The notes: generated by a model from the letters alone, not told the origin. 63,296 nt of DNA, filler included, from Reclinomonas americana ATCC 50394 (GCA_048213135.1; 4 parts of 3 records of this genome joined end to end with filler, not necessarily neighbours in it); one strand, 5' to 3'. Positions 12,601 to 25,802 are shown, numbered from the whole stretch's first letter. Numbers and translations are program-made.

Positions 12601-15600
12601 AACATCTCCCTCAACCACACACCATCGACAACTCCTCCATACACACCGTCTCCCCAGCCAACAGCAGCACACGACCTGTTCACGACTGAAAATGAGAGAG
12701 TGCAGTAGAGACACAACAGCACTGCACAGCAAGACAGGTGCGAAACTTGCGATGATCTCGCGGAACATGTGCTCGTGCTCGTTCATCGCTCGGTTCACCT
12801 CCATCGAGGCGAGCAGTGAATCTGTGTTTCGCTTCCTCTCAGCCCCACATTGAGGATCAACAGAGCTAAACCAGGGCGCCAGCACGCAACGAGGCAGCAG
12901 CTGCAATTGCAGCTCGGCAACGGAGTTGATCACAGTCGTCGGTACGTGCATGAGGGTGCGTTTGAAGAACCGAATTTGCATGTCCATCTCCGCGAGCAGT
13001 GGTCGCAGCAGAAACACCGCCCCAACAAGAGTCACCAGGAGCCCAGTGACCAGCATGGCCTCGGCCAGAAACTCGGTGCGCTGCACAAAGCGGTCCAGGC
13101 CGTCTTCCAGCAGCTGCGATGCGAGCGATGCAGTGAGAGCACTGTTGCCACATTGCGCACATCATCTCCTCCTCTTCCTACCTGGGAACTGGCCGCAAAG
13201 TAGTCCATGAGGATGTACGTCGAGGCCACCAAGAAGTCCGCAAGATCCAGGTCCTTGGCCGTCGGCGGGTCGTGCAGTGTCGAAGCCAGCAAGTCGGATG
13301 CATCCAACACTCTGTTGATCTGCACGCCAGTGTGAGTGAGACATGAGGTGATCACACCCCATCGATCTCCCCCTCCCACACACCAGTTCATGTATCGGCA
13401 GGCACTTGAGCTGTTGCACCCACGACGGATTGGTGGTCACGGCAGCCTCGGCAGTTGTGCATCGCGCTCCGTACAGCAATTTGTGCTGCTGCTCATCAGC
13501 TGCGGCATCCCACCCATTGTCCATGACTTCGTCGACAACTTGTAGGTGTTTCGCTCTCGTCTACGCACGACACGATGGTGCGTGAGTGTTGAGAACACGT
13601 ATGATTGTCAATCCCACGCTATCGTCTCACCGTAGTCACGAGTCCCTGCAAACGTGCTTGGGTCTGTTCGCGCGGCACCAATCCAACCGGATTGAGGTAC
13701 TGCACAGCCACCATGATCAACACTGGAAACGTGGTGGCACGTGACTGTGCGTTCCCCAGCACGGTCATCTCCCGCACAGTCTCTGCCGCAATCGCCGATG
13801 CACCATACCTGATGAGCAAATGTTAGCGCACAGAAGAACAAAAGGATGCACTGTTTCTTCCAGCCACCACCACCACCACCACCACGCAACGACATGCACG
13901 CCGTGGCGACAAAGGCCACGAGCACAATACAGCAGGCACGGAAGAAGATATTGTGCATAAACTGCATGTCGGCGCGCGTGCACTGCGTGGGCAGGTACTT
14001 GTTCGTCACTGTCGTCGACGGGTGCACTCCCTGTGCCCAAGAACAGCAAGTGACAGTCAGCACATGAAACCAGATCTGGACTCCTTCCTTTCCCATCACT
14101 ACGCAACATCACGAGCAGCCTCCGAGGCCTCCAGGTAGTTGAGGTAGTGGTCGCGCATCTTGTGGTGCACGACGCGCACGTCAGCCTTTGGCACCAGCGC
14201 AAAGGCTCGCAGACTGCGAGTCAGCGTGTGACGAATGCCGAGCACCATGGGCAGGAAGGCAAGCATCAGGAGTGCCACACAGAGTCTGCGTGTTCAGGTG
14301 GCACATTAGTTTGTAAATGAATGAGAAGAACGCATACTAGCACGCACCCGCCAGCCAGCGCAAAGTCAATCCACGCTTCGACACCGTAGCCGTTGGCGAG
14401 TTGCACCGTGTGATCGTTGAACTCTTGTGCGATGCGATACACGGCGTCGTTGGTGGCGCCGCCGTTCGCCAAAGCAATGACAAGGTTCTCCTCACGGATG
14501 CTCATGGTGCGCACAGACATGTGGAACACATCCTAGCGGAGAATTGAGGTAAGCGAACTGGCATAGTACTTCTTATTGCAACACCAGCACACCGCACACC
14601 ATGGTGCTGTCGAGAAATCGATAGATCACGTCGATGGTGGGCACCGTCTGCGACACAAGCTGACCACCGATGTTGTCATACACAATGGTGCGGAATGGAG
14701 CAGTGACACTGACGGCGGAGACGTAGGGTCTGGCAACAAGGATACATCACGGTGAGCAACCCATTGAAACCAACAATGCAGCCAATCTCGGCAGCACACA
14801 CCGCGTGGCCAGCTGGTCCAGAATAATACGCGAGGCAGTCACGTTGGCTGCGAGGAACGGCCGCAAGTCATCCACTTGGGCCGCACCGTTGACACCCGAC
14901 AGCGCGGCACTCCAGATGCGCCACGCCAGCAACGTATTGGTGACTGCGTCGACACACACCGTGGACAGGTCGGCGAAAAAGTCGTTGTTGGACTGGAACA
15001 CCGCAGTCATGGAGTACGATCGTGTAAACACAAAGAGAATGGCCACAAGGCACGCCGCGGTCATGATCAACAGCACCCACAGAGCGCGCGTGATGGTCGG
15101 ATTCTGCGGTTACACACTGAGGGCAGAGAGCTCCATGACTTGGCATCATCGTCCCAGAGACAACTGACCTTTTCGCTGACGATTGTGCGGCGCAGCTGCG
15201 CAGAGCTGGTGCTGTCGGCACTCACACCGGAGCGCATGGAACTGCCACCAGAATGCTTGGAGCTGCGTAATGAGAGTGAAAATGGGGGAAGAGCTATATA
15301 CTGCACACATACAACGGTGCTTGCGTTACCTGCCACCTCCCACCGACGAGCCGCGATCGCTCAGCGCGTCGTTCGCATCGTTGCCGGCAAAATCTGCACG
15401 GCATCGAGAGTCAGCAGTGGGGGAAAAGAGGGCGCACACGTGGCTGCGCACGAAACTCAGTTTCTTCGACGTGCGGCTCCTCGACTACAACAGCAAAGTG
15501 AGCATCGCGTACAGACAACGAAACAAAACAACCAAAAGAAGACAGCACTCACTTCGCCACGTGACAATTTGACGGCGCTGCGTCGCGTGGCTTCCTCTGT

Positions 15601-18473
15601 CGTCTCCTCCGCTCCAGCAGTGTCCACTTCTGTCGGCGATGAACGCTGATGAGCACAGCAGCAGTCGGCGACAGCAGAAGGACAAAGGACACTGCTGCAC
15701 CTTTGGCCGTCTGCCAGACGGACTTGCTCGGGCGCACGGCAATTGTCTCCACTTGTGGAATGTCATCGTCGCCATCTGAGACTGTGCAGAAATGCAAGGT
15801 GAGCAACCTTGCGTCATTGACGGCAACTCGATGCAACGATCGCAACTGGTGCTGCAGCTGCTGGAGATGGTATCGGTCTCGGTCTCGTCGTTCGGGTCGT
15901 GCTCTGCCATGCACAGGTCGTCGCCGGCACTTGATTCTGCATGGTCAAACATGACGCGGCGCAGTTGCTGCGTAGGGCAAGTGGATGAGCCAATAGAGTG
16001 AATATGCATGAAAAACATGATCGACAGCGCACCGCTGAGGCCTCCTCCAGCGCAAACAAGCGTTCCTTGACACGGTTCTGCGTGCACAAGCCGTCGGCAT
16101 TGGAGGTCATCTGTTCGGCAAGGTCGTCCAGTCGCCGACTTCCGAGTTCGTCGTTCTTGATCTCGGAGGTGAACTGCGTTGCATGAGTACAAGGCAGTCC
16201 AGCTCAATCAAACCTCAGATGACATAAGAATACCTGTGCGTACCACAGTACGAGCTCGGCCTGATCCGGGAACTCATCCAGCAGCCTCTTGAAACCCTCT
16301 TCGCACTTGCGTTCCTGCTCCCGGAGCGTCAGCAGGAGCGACAACACCCTGTCCTCTGTGTGCGCAAACAAACAAGTCAGTCGAGCTGCTCACTGGCGTG
16401 CGCACCAACCAACATGGACGCACCACGTCCAGCCTGCTCCAATTGTCGCCACACGGACATGAGCACCACGTAGCACTGGCACCACTCTTGGTGCACGGCC
16501 GCCAGCCGCACCCGGTACAGCTGACTCTTGAAGTTGACATCCTGCGCTAATGTGCTCACAATCTCGGAAACCACGCGCCGCATATCCACCGGCAACGTCG
16601 CCTCCATTTCGTTGCGTGCGGCAATGTCGGCAATCATCTGCTGCGCCTGCCTCACATCCGTGTCGAAGCTCCACATGTACAGAGCACTCAGCAGCGCCAC
16701 ACAGTCGGCCTGATTCACATTTTCCACAAAGTTCATCCGCCCTGTTGACAACATTGTGCGTGAGGCACACATGCGCACAAGTACACACAAACACACACAC
16801 ACACACACACACACCAAGCTCGAAAATGTCCATGGCACGGTTCCACGGATCGGATGCCGACACAGGTGGGAGTCTGGCGGCCAGCTCCACCGACCACACA
16901 TTCGGGAAGAGTCTCTTCAGATCCGCCTCCAGGTTCTCTCCGCTGGCACTGCTGCCACCACTCAACGCACCGCGCTGCACGATAAAGAAAGAGGAGATGA
17001 GGAATTGTGGAGGCAGGAAAGTGCAGCCAGGCAAAACACACCAAGTATCGTGCAGTCGGACTCGACAAGTCCGCGAGACTCGACGACGACGACGACGACG
17101 ATGCAGCAGTGGTGGCCGAGCTGCGCACCACGGCGGCTGCAAAGACGTCCATGTGCCGACAAACGTTTCGGTATCGAAGGTGAGTGGCCAGCAGGCCGCA
17201 CACACTTCCCAGGCACAGCCCGCCGACCGCCACCGCCGCCTGCGTGAGCCACGACGACGAGAGGAGCAGGCGAGCGGCGGTGGGCACGAGAGCCAGATAC
17301 ACGCCCGCGCAAGCAGCCAGTGTCACCGCGGCGCACAAGGCGGCGGCCAGCGGCGCCGACACCCGTCCGTGCACCGGCAAGTACTTGAGCACGCCGATGA
17401 AGAGCAGCAGCGCGCCGAGCGCAGCGGCCACCATGTGCACCAGCGGGAGTGCGTCGGCCACAAACGTGTGTGTCACCGCCAGCAGCACGCGCAGTACGTT
17501 GAGGGCGGCAATGTAGCGGCCGCTGAGGATGCCGGAGGACCAGAGACGGGAGGTTGGCTTGAAGTCCAGCGAGCTGGCAGAAGAAGAAAAGTGAGGGGAG
17601 AGGGAGAGGAGGGGAGAGGAGGGAAGAGGGAAGGGGGGGAGGGAGAGAGAGGAGGGGGAGGAGAAGAGAGAGAGAGAGAGAGAGAGAGNNNNNNNNNNNN
17701 NNNNNNNNGAGAGAGAGAGAGAGAGGCACAGTGTGCGGACGCAACAGCAGTGGCACAATGCAGCTGAGTGTGGCGAGCAGCAGAGAGAGAACGAGCCCAA
17801 CGGCACCGAGGAACACATTACTCGGGTCGTTGCATCCTGTGGCATGTGAGATGAGTGGAAGTGAGGGGGAGGAAGAGTGGGAGAGAACAGCGCAACTCCA
17901 CGACGTGGAATGCACAGTGGCGCTGAGGTGTTGCAGTGTGCGAAAGTCGCAATGCAGTGGGCGAATCAACAGCAGCACCACTGCAGTCAGCAGCGGTCCC
18001 ACCGCCAGTGCCAGCTGTTGCCATTCCGTCACACGTGAGTGAGTGCGAGAGAGAGAGACAAGAGAAAACAGGAAAAGACGACGCACCAGAAATCGAACGA
18101 CGCTAGCGACTTGTCGGATTCGTGAGTTTGGTTGTTCGGTGGTCGCCATCTGTTGCGTGTTGCGGCACTGGCGCCAGACGAGGAAGAGAAGCAGAGTGAC
18201 AGACACCGCGGCAAAGACCCACGCCACGTACAAGCGCGATATCGACATCTGCCCAAAGCGAAAAACAATCATCAGCGCGCATGTTGTAATGATAGCATTG
18301 GTGAGTATTGCACATACCATTTGCGGCAGCAGAGTCGCGCCAGTGAATAGGCTCTCACTGGCACCGCTGGGGAACACGGACGGCACGAACACTTGGGCCA
18401 GCACGCTCAAGTGCAGCCACACGAACGCCGCAGCGTCGAGCGGGGTTATCTGCGGAGGCACACGAAAAAGCAT
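9677..18473 (-). CDS. Large multi-TM protein with three PAS domains and a C-terminal class III nucleotidyl cyclase domain (TmcB-like architecture); about 35 exons
   Basis: PAS segments GIIEFANRMVTRVLGYAADNIVGQNV, LPDGLIYTDTQGIVQEVNEAAVQLFGY and DALLWTDENGEVEWCNMGVPRLLGYS. Cyclase motifs VKTIGSAYLAVSG, FRIGVNTGPVTSGIV, TFDLYGDSVNMASRMES and VKGIG. Many hydrophobic exons. The start codon is uncertain. Confidence 0.85.
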
Positions 18474-18980
18474 TGCAATGAATATCAAATCGCGTAACCA
18501 GTTGTGCGGTGAGGGAGAGGGAGAGAGTGGTGCGAGAGACAAGTCAGGAGTGGTGGTGACCAACGTCGTGTACGGTGCTGCGAGAAGAGAGAGGTAATGC
18601 GCACGCGCTACGGCGGGGGTAGAGGCAGCAAAACTCTTTTGCGGCCGGCGCGAAAAGTGAATCTGGCACGTCTTCGCGACAAGGCGCGGTGGTGTTCGTG
18701 CACGCAACAGAGGAAAACAGTGGCCGCTGTCGATGCAGCTGCGCCAGCTGCCGGCAGAACTTGTCCACGGAGCCTGTCATGACGCGAAGACCAAGAGACA
18801 ACAACCAACGGCCGAAATCCACACAAGCGTGGCCAGTCTGTCACACACGCACGCACACACAAACAAAAGAAGATCGCTTCAGTGCATGCAGGGTCCCCCA
18901 CGCACACAGAGTGAGTCACACACACGATCACCCGGTCATGCAAGACGAAGTCACGCAAGTCGGCAAACTCACCAAGAACG
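18474..18980 (-). CDS. Probable extra 5' exons of the PAS-cyclase gene, or a small separate gene
   Basis: The frame stays open upstream of M18473. Exon ...CRQLAQLHRQRPLFSS followed by GTTGCG (18708) can splice in frame to IHFSRRPQ. Confidence 0.35.
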
Positions 18981-19341
18981 GAGACTGTCTTGGCTCACCA
19001 CTCCGGAGTAAAAAAACGGGTGACAAGTTCCTGTTTCCTGTCGTAGGAGACGTTGGAGACGGCACGTTCCTCCCGGAGATTGATCGTGTGAACAATGTGC
19101 GTTCGGTCACGCGTACACGGAAGTTTCCGCCACACATGAGCACTGGAGTTAGTATGGAATGGCGATGTGTGGCGTGAGTGGGCGACGGATAAAGGGAGAA
19201 CATAGAGACACGAATGCGGAGGGCGAAAAAAATATCCTCCACACCGTGACGCGTGAATTGACGCAGCGATGTTGGGGAAAAGCAATCGATTGAATAACCA
19301 TTCAATCATTTTTCAACAGCAACTTAGCAGGTGTGAAGTGC

Positions 19342-22233
19342 TCAACGACGACCACCGCCACCGCCCAGCAGCGCGAGTAGGAAGAGGAACAGATTGGCGA
19401 CTGTGGAACGAGGCAGAGAGATGGAGGAGATCGGAAAATGCGCGGTGAGTAAAATGATTGGAAATACCGGCAATTTCCCGCCAATGACGACGCCTCCTCC
19501 CCCCGCACTCACCATCCAGGTACAGCGACACCGCCGGCATCACCCACTCGTCGAGATTGTTGGAGTACTGATGCAGGAGCAGGGAGGTGTCGTAGAGAAT
19601 GTAGAGGCTGAAGATGATGGAGCCGGCCAGACTGATGGCAAAGTAGACCCACGAGCCCAGCGGCACCACCAGCTGAATAAACAGCGTAATGATAAGCGCC
19701 ATGCTGGCAACAAACAGCGCCGGGCCCTAAAACAGCAGTGGTGAAACCGATGGGAGTCAGCAGTGGTCACAGGCATTGCACATGCTGATCATGCGAAGCC
19801 ACCACGTAACGAGGAACGAGAAGTCCTTTTTCGTGATCAGCACAAACGCAGTTAGTCCAACAAAGATGAGCGCCGTTACGATGAATGCCTACGCGATCAC
19901 CACCCCGCAAGGTGAGCAACAGCAACATAATCAGCGCATCGAAAAGCGTCTACGGTACCTCCAGCACGACTTTGGTGTCATAATGTGCAGCGATGAAGGC
20001 CACCATCCATGAGAACGCCTGGCAAATGGCACGTGAGCTCACGATACAGGCCCAAATCAATCACATTTTTGCAAGCACGGACACGTACAAATGTCCACAC
20101 AAACAGGAGAATGCCGTTCCACGGCGCCTGCAAAAAACATACAGGAGGCGGACAGCGTCAGCAACTACAACTGATCACAACGCATCGAGGTTTCCCGCTC
20201 GCACACCTTCTTCCTCACGTAGATGAGCACAAAGAGAAGCACAAGTGTGACGACCCATGAGGTCCAGAACATCCAGTTCTGCGGGCGACCAATCAAAAAA
20301 GTTCATCGAACAAAAAATAACACAGAGGAACGACGGAACACGCACCGCGCGAAGCGCCCAATTCCGAGCGCCAGGTCTGCATCAGAAATCAATCAATCAA
20401 GTAACGGAAGCAGCCACTCCTGCGCGGCAATGGCCCGACAAAGCACGCAACGAGAAGAGCAGAATGCAGCTGATGCCGATCGTCAGCGACAACATGAGGA
20501 GCAGGACCGTGTATACGCGCTGCGATGGCGGCACCAAGGTGAGCTTGTGGGGGTCAATACGGTCACACGAAACGACAAAGCGGCTCACCACAATGAATGC
20601 TGTGGATCCGGAGGAGGACGACGACAACGACAACGACAACGACGACGCAAGTGAGCAAATTCCGCCCAATCGATTTCACCGAAGCAGAAGAGGGAAAACA
20701 GCAGAGGAGTAGCGATCACCACACCAAGGAAACCAAAACGAGTGCCACTGACCCAAGAGCGATGAATGCAGAGTGCAGCGAGCGGAGAGGGATGGAGCAG
20801 AGTGCAGCGAGTGGAGAGGGATGGAACTGAGTGCACGAGTGGAGAGGGATGGAGCAGAGTGCGCGAGTGGAGAGGGATGGAGCAGAGTGCACGAGTGGAG
20901 AGGGATAGAGCAGAGTGCACGAGTGGAGAGGGATGGAGCAGAGTGCAGCGAGTGGAAGGGATGGAACAGAGTGAGTGCACTGCACCTTTCTTGGCCCGTG
21001 ACCGAAGCAGCAAAAGGAAAAAAAGCCAGAGGAGTAGCGACCACCCAGGAAAGCAAAGCGAGTGCCAATAGCGACGACGGAAGAGTGCAGCGAGTGGAGA
21101 GGGATGGAACAGAGTGCACTGCACCTTTCTTGGCCCGTGACCCTTGACCACACCAAGGTAAGAAAAGCGAGTGTTGCTGACCCAATAGCGACGAAGGCTG
21201 AGTGCATGAGTGGAGAGGGATGGAGCAGAGTGCACGAGTGGAGAGGGATGGAGCAGAGTGCACGAGTGGAGAGGGATGGAGCGGAGTGTACGAGTGGAGA
21301 GGGATGGAGCGGAGTGTACGAGTGGAGAGGAATGGAGCAGAGTGCACTGCACGTTTCATGGCTCGCGACCGAAGCAGCAGAGGAAAACTGCCAGAGGAGT
21401 AGCGATCACCACACCAAGGAAAGCAAAGCGAGTGCCACCAGCGAAGAACGCAGAGTGCACGAGCGGAGAGGGATGCACTGCACCTTTCTTGGCCCGTGAC
21501 ATATGATCGGCCACGTACGCGTTGCGCTGCGCCTCTGGATCCCACTCCGGCTGCCGTCCGTGCCCACCACCACCACCACCGCCTCCACCACCACCACCAC
21601 CTCCGCCTCCGCCTCCACTCGGATCTTTCGGTGGGTGCGGATCAGCAGGCGGGTACGGATACGGCGGTGGTGGCCCGACATTGTGATAGGGCGCCTGCGC
21701 GTGTGCCGCCTACAACATCGCACTCAAAGCAGTCAGCCAAGTGCTCTCTCCTTTCCTCCCTCCCCAGCCTCACGAGCCTTTACGGGTTCCGTCGGCAGAC
21801 CTAGCGAATCCAGCACGTAGCCACGCGCGACATTCACATCGCCACCAGCGGCCTGCAGCAGCTCATGGAGGACAGCGGGGTCGACCTGCGGGAACTCGCG
21901 ATGGAGAGCCTCCACTGGGTTCACCTGCAATCAAAGATGAGATGGATCGCCACATAAGAGATGCGGAGAGTGACTCACGGGAACGTGCTGTTGCTCGTAG
22001 GCAGGAGGAGGAGGTGCGGGGTATGGATACGCGTAGGCGGCTTGTGGAGGTGCGCCAGGAGGATGAGGCGGAGGAGGAGCGGCGGCATATGGAGCCGGAG
22101 GTGCGGAGGGCGCAGATGATTGCTGTCAGGGCGTGAGTGCGCGCGCATGTGTGTGAGGGGGAGAGTGTGTGTAAGCGCACACCGGTACTGCTGCTCGTGC
22201 CGCGACCGCAGCCAGAGGCCAAGGAGATGCCAT
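19342..22233 (-). CDS. TMBIM/Lifeguard (Bax inhibitor-1 family) protein with an N-terminal Pro/Tyr-rich region and a CUE domain
   Basis: AFIVRVYTVLLLML, APWNGILLFVWTF, YDTKVVLEAFIVT, KKDFSFLG, YILYDT and DEWVMPAVSLYLDVANLFLFLL. CUE-like exon VEALHREFPQVDPAVLHELLQAAGGDVNVARGYVL. Confidence 0.85.
20677..21500. repeat. Intronic minisatellite (~28-bp unit) within a higher-order repeat
   Basis: GAGTGGAGAGGGATGGAGCAGAGTGCAC arrays interleaved with GCACTGCACCTTTCTTGGCCCGTGAC and ACCGAAGCAG...GAGTAGCGATCACCACACCAAGG blocks. Confidence 0.9.
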
Positions 22234-22395
22234 TGGGATTCACTAACGATGATGATGATGACGCGTGTGCGCGTCAATCTCTGTTCTCACTCTCTTCTCC
22301 TGTAAAAGCGCGCGAGCGAGTGTGTGACAGAGTCGTTCGCACTGCGCGACTGTGGCGTGAATGCGAGGATCCTTGGCGTGTCCGGCTGCGTGTCA

Positions 22396-23598
22396 TTAGC
22401 GACGTTGTCGGAGAAACGTCAGCTGGGAGACCACTGCCAGTGGAACGTCGTAGGCGGGTGGGATGGCGCCGGCGGTGCGGCTCAATGAGGCAGCATCGCG
22501 GGCAAAGTCGGCGGCGGTGGTGAGAGTGGGTGGTGCGGGTCGAGAGAAGCAGTCTGCGTGGGAGGAGAGGTGAGGGATAGAGGGGGGAAGGGAGGGGGGA
22601 GGAGAGGAGAGGGTAGAGGAGAGGGTAGAGGAGAGGGGAGGAGAGGAGAGGAGAGGGGAGGAGAGGGGAGGAGAGGGGAGGGAGAAGAACAAGGAGCAAG
22701 GTACATGAGGAGAGAGCAAGAGAGGAGAATTGTGAGCGAAGGGCGAGGAGAGAAGAACAAGGAGCAAGGTACATGAGGAGAAAGCAGAAACAAGGAGTAG
22801 TGTGAAGGGCGAGCAGAGAAGAACAAGGAGCAAGGCACATGAGGAGAAGGCAGAAGCAAGGAGTAGTGTGTGGCAGGGCGAGGAGAGAAGAACAAGGAGC
22901 AAGGCACATAGGGAGAAAGCAGAAGCAAGGAGAATTGTGTGCGTAGGGCGAGGAGAGAAGAACAAGGAGCAAGGTACATGAGGAGAAAGCAAGAGAGGAG
23001 AAGTGTGTGTGAAAGCGAGGAGAGAAGAACAAGGAGCAAGGCACATGAGAAGGCAGAAGAGAGGATAAGTGTGTGGAAGGGCGAGGAGAGAAGAACAAGG
23101 AGCAAGGCACATGAGGAGAAAGCACCAGAGAGGAGAATTGTGTGGAAGGGCGAGGAGAGAAGAACAAGGAGCAAGGCACACGGGGAGAAAGGAGAAGCCT
23201 GATACACACACCGAGAGAGGGGGAGGTGTGCGCCAAGGCGAGGAGAGAAGAACACACACTTCTCCCTATTTTTTCTCTCTCCCTCTCCTCTCTCTTCTCT
23301 CACCAGTAAACACCGCTCGATCACTGCCAGTCGCCGTCCGTAGCAGCACAATCGCCGCATAGACCAGAAAGTAGGCGACTGCAGCGAGCGCCACCAGCAT
23401 CGGAATCGTGATGCTCCACTGCCTGCAAAGTAAAAAAAAACAGCAAATGAGTGTCGCCATCAATCAGTAAAGAGGAAGCAGAGCGCGCAACTTGTGCGGG
23501 TAATACGTGATGCCCCACGAGTGGAGAACCTCGTCAGGGACCCATGTCCACACAAGGTACACCACTGGAGAGAAGAGGAGAGAGGAGTGAGGGATAGG

Positions 23599-23668
<70 letters not shown>

Positions 23669-24647
23669 TGAGTGAGTNNNNNNNNNNNNNNNNNNNNNNN
23701 NNNNNNNNNNNNNNNNNNNNNNNNNNNNNNNNNNNNNNNNNNNNNNNNNNNNNNNNNNNNNNNNNNNNNNNNNNNNNNNNNNNNNNNNNNNNNNNNNNNN
23801 NNNNNNNNNNNNNNNNNNNNNNNNNNNNNNNNNNNNNNNNNNNNNNNNNNNNNNNNNNNNNNNNNNNNNNNNNNNNNNNNNNNNNNNNNNNNNNNNNNNN
23901 NNNNNNNNNNNNNNNNNNNNNNNNNNNNNNNNNNNNNNNNNNNNNNNNNNNNNNNNNNNNNNNNNNNNNNNNNNNNNNNNNNNNNNNNNNNNNNNNNNNN
24001 NNNNNNNNNNNNNNNNNNNNNNNNNNNNNNNNNNNNNNNNNNNNNNNNNNNNNNNNNNNNNNNNNNNNNNNNNNNNNNNNNNNNNNNNNNNNNNNNNNNN
24101 NNNNNNNNNNNNNNNNNNNNNNNNNNNNNNNNNNNNNNNNNNNNNNNNNNNNNNNNNNNNNNNNNNNNNNNNNNNNNNNNNNNNNNNNNNNNNNNNNNNN
24201 NNNNNNNNNNNNNNNNNNNNNNNNNNNNNNNNNNNNNNNNNNNNNNNNNNNNNNNNNNNNNNNNNNNNNNNNNNNNNNNNNNNNNNNNNNNNNNNNNNNN
24301 NNNNNNNNNNNNNNNNNNNNNNNNNNNNNNNNNNNNNNNNNNNNNNNNNNNNNNNNNNNNNNNNNNNNNNNNNNNNNNNNNNNNNNNNNNNNNNNNNNNN
24401 NNNNNNNAGTGAGTGACAGTGTGTGAGAGAGGGGAGTGAGTGACAGTGTGTGAGAGAGGGGAGTGAGTGAGTGAGTGAGTGAGTGAGTGAGTGAGCAAGA
24501 GTGACTGCACGAACCAAACAGTGTCCACGAGGCCATGTACACCGCCAGTGCCGTGTGCTCCGTTGACTCGTAGAACTTGGCACGTGGCAGCGACCGCGTG
24601 CATGAGAGCGGTGGCCCAGAGAGCGACGCCACCTCGGCAGCGTTCAT
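22396..24647 (-). CDS. PIGP: GPI-GlcNAc transferase subunit P (PIG-P/Gpi19)
   Basis: Four exons give ...LAVYMASWTLFVVYLVWTWVPDEVLHSWGITYYPHKQWSITIP...AIPPAYDVPLAVVS. The YLxWxxxPxxxLxxxGITYYP and IPPxxDxP motifs are typical of PIG-P. Confidence 0.9.
22680..23258. repeat. Intronic minisatellite (~58-bp unit, about 9-10 copies)
   Basis: GGGCGAGGAGAGAAGAACAAGGAGCAAGGYACATGAGGAGAAAGCA...TGTG repeated in PIG-P intron 3. Confidence 0.9.
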
Positions 24648-24699
24648 CCTATCAGAGCAACGAACGAAGCAGGACAACACGACGTCGTTTGTGAGAAAG

Positions 24700-25470
24700 A
24701 TGAACAACGCAAAGAGGTTCCTTGTGCGCAACCGCGAGAACGGCGACTTGAACCAGGTGAACTGCGATGTGCCTGTGCAGTGCGCGCGCGCGTGCTCATC
24801 TCCCTGTGTGTAGTACTGGTACAGTGAGAGCACGATTGCTGCGCTGGCTGCGGAGGCTGAGGAGCACTGTGGTGGTGGTGGTGGTGTGGCGGCGTTTGTG
24901 TCGACGCCGAGTGTGTTCTTTGCGTTGGCGGAGGACAGCGCGTTGCGGCAGCGATCGTGGTTGTTGGATGTTGCGCGCGGGAAAAAAACACGTTGTTGTT
25001 GCTTAGTCGTTGACTTGTGTGTGTCTGTGTGTAGATTGACGACAAGTGGGCGGCACTGCCTCAGTTTGTGCACTATGACTTTCGGGAACCGGTGGCCATG
25101 TCGGCGTCGCTGGCCGGCTCGTGCGATATGATTGTCATTGATCCGCCATTTATCACGCGCGATGTGTGGGAAAAGTACGCGGAGACGGCGAACTTTTTGG
25201 CCAAGCGCGATCCAGTGACAGGCAACAGTTGCGTGGCAAGTGTGGATGATGCAGTCGCTCTTGCTGACTCGCGATCCCCTGCGCTCAGTCACTGCCAAGA
25301 TCCTGTTGTCGACGATCCAGGAGAATGTCGAGATGATGAGCGAGCTGCTGGCGGTGCGGCCGCTGGCGTTCAAGCCGTCGATTCCCAACCTGGTGTACCA
25401 GTACGTGCTGTACGCCAACTACGACTCGAGTAGGTTTAGTGAGCGCAATCCAGAGGTACCCGAGGATTGA
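24700..25470 (+). CDS. EEF1AKMT1: eEF1A lysine methyltransferase 1 (N6AMT2 family)
   Basis: ENGDLNQYWYSESTI, AFVSTPSVF, FVHYDFREP, DMIVIDPPF and FKPSIPNLVYQYVLYANY. Four exons. Confidence 0.9.
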
Positions 25471-25720
25471 CGACGGGAGAGAGAGTGAGGCAGAGTTGAG
25501 AAGTACATTCTTGCTTGTGTGTGTTGATGAGAGGAAGGGAGGAGAGAGGGTCGCGAGTGCGGGAAGAAGCGGCGCACACTTTATCCAGAGGTCTCCGAGG
25601 AGAGGAAGGGAGAGAGAGACGCAGAGTAGGGGGAGGAGACAAGAGTACTCTCTCTCTCTCTCTCGTCGTCGTCGTCNNNNNNNNNNNNNNNNNNNNNNNN
25701 NNNNNNNNNNNNNNNNNNNN

Positions 25721-25732
25721 TTAATTAATTAA
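25721..25732. other. Artificial scaffold-concatenation linker
   Basis: TTAATTAATTAA (stops in all frames) flanked by 44 Ns on each side. Confidence 0.95.
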
Positions 25733-25802
25733 NNNNNNNNNNNNNNNNNNNNNNNNNNNNNNNNNNNNNNNNNNNNTTGTACACTGTTCCTTGTTTGTGA
25801 GG

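Noticed and set aside
21500..21525. Apparent non-canonical (CG-AG or GT-GC) intron joining QRNA to FIVRVY in TMBIM
   Set aside because: A canonical phase-1 donor (AAG|GTGCAG at 21483) gives SRAKKAFIVRVY without any exception.
20677..23258. Repeat arrays resembling CRISPR
   Set aside because: There are no unique spacers and no cas genes. They are degenerate minisatellites inside spliceosomal introns.
25677..25776. Palindromic TTAATTAATTAA, three occurrences
   Set aside because: It has identical N44 flanks each time, so it is a concatenation linker. Gene neighbourhoods across these points are meaningless.
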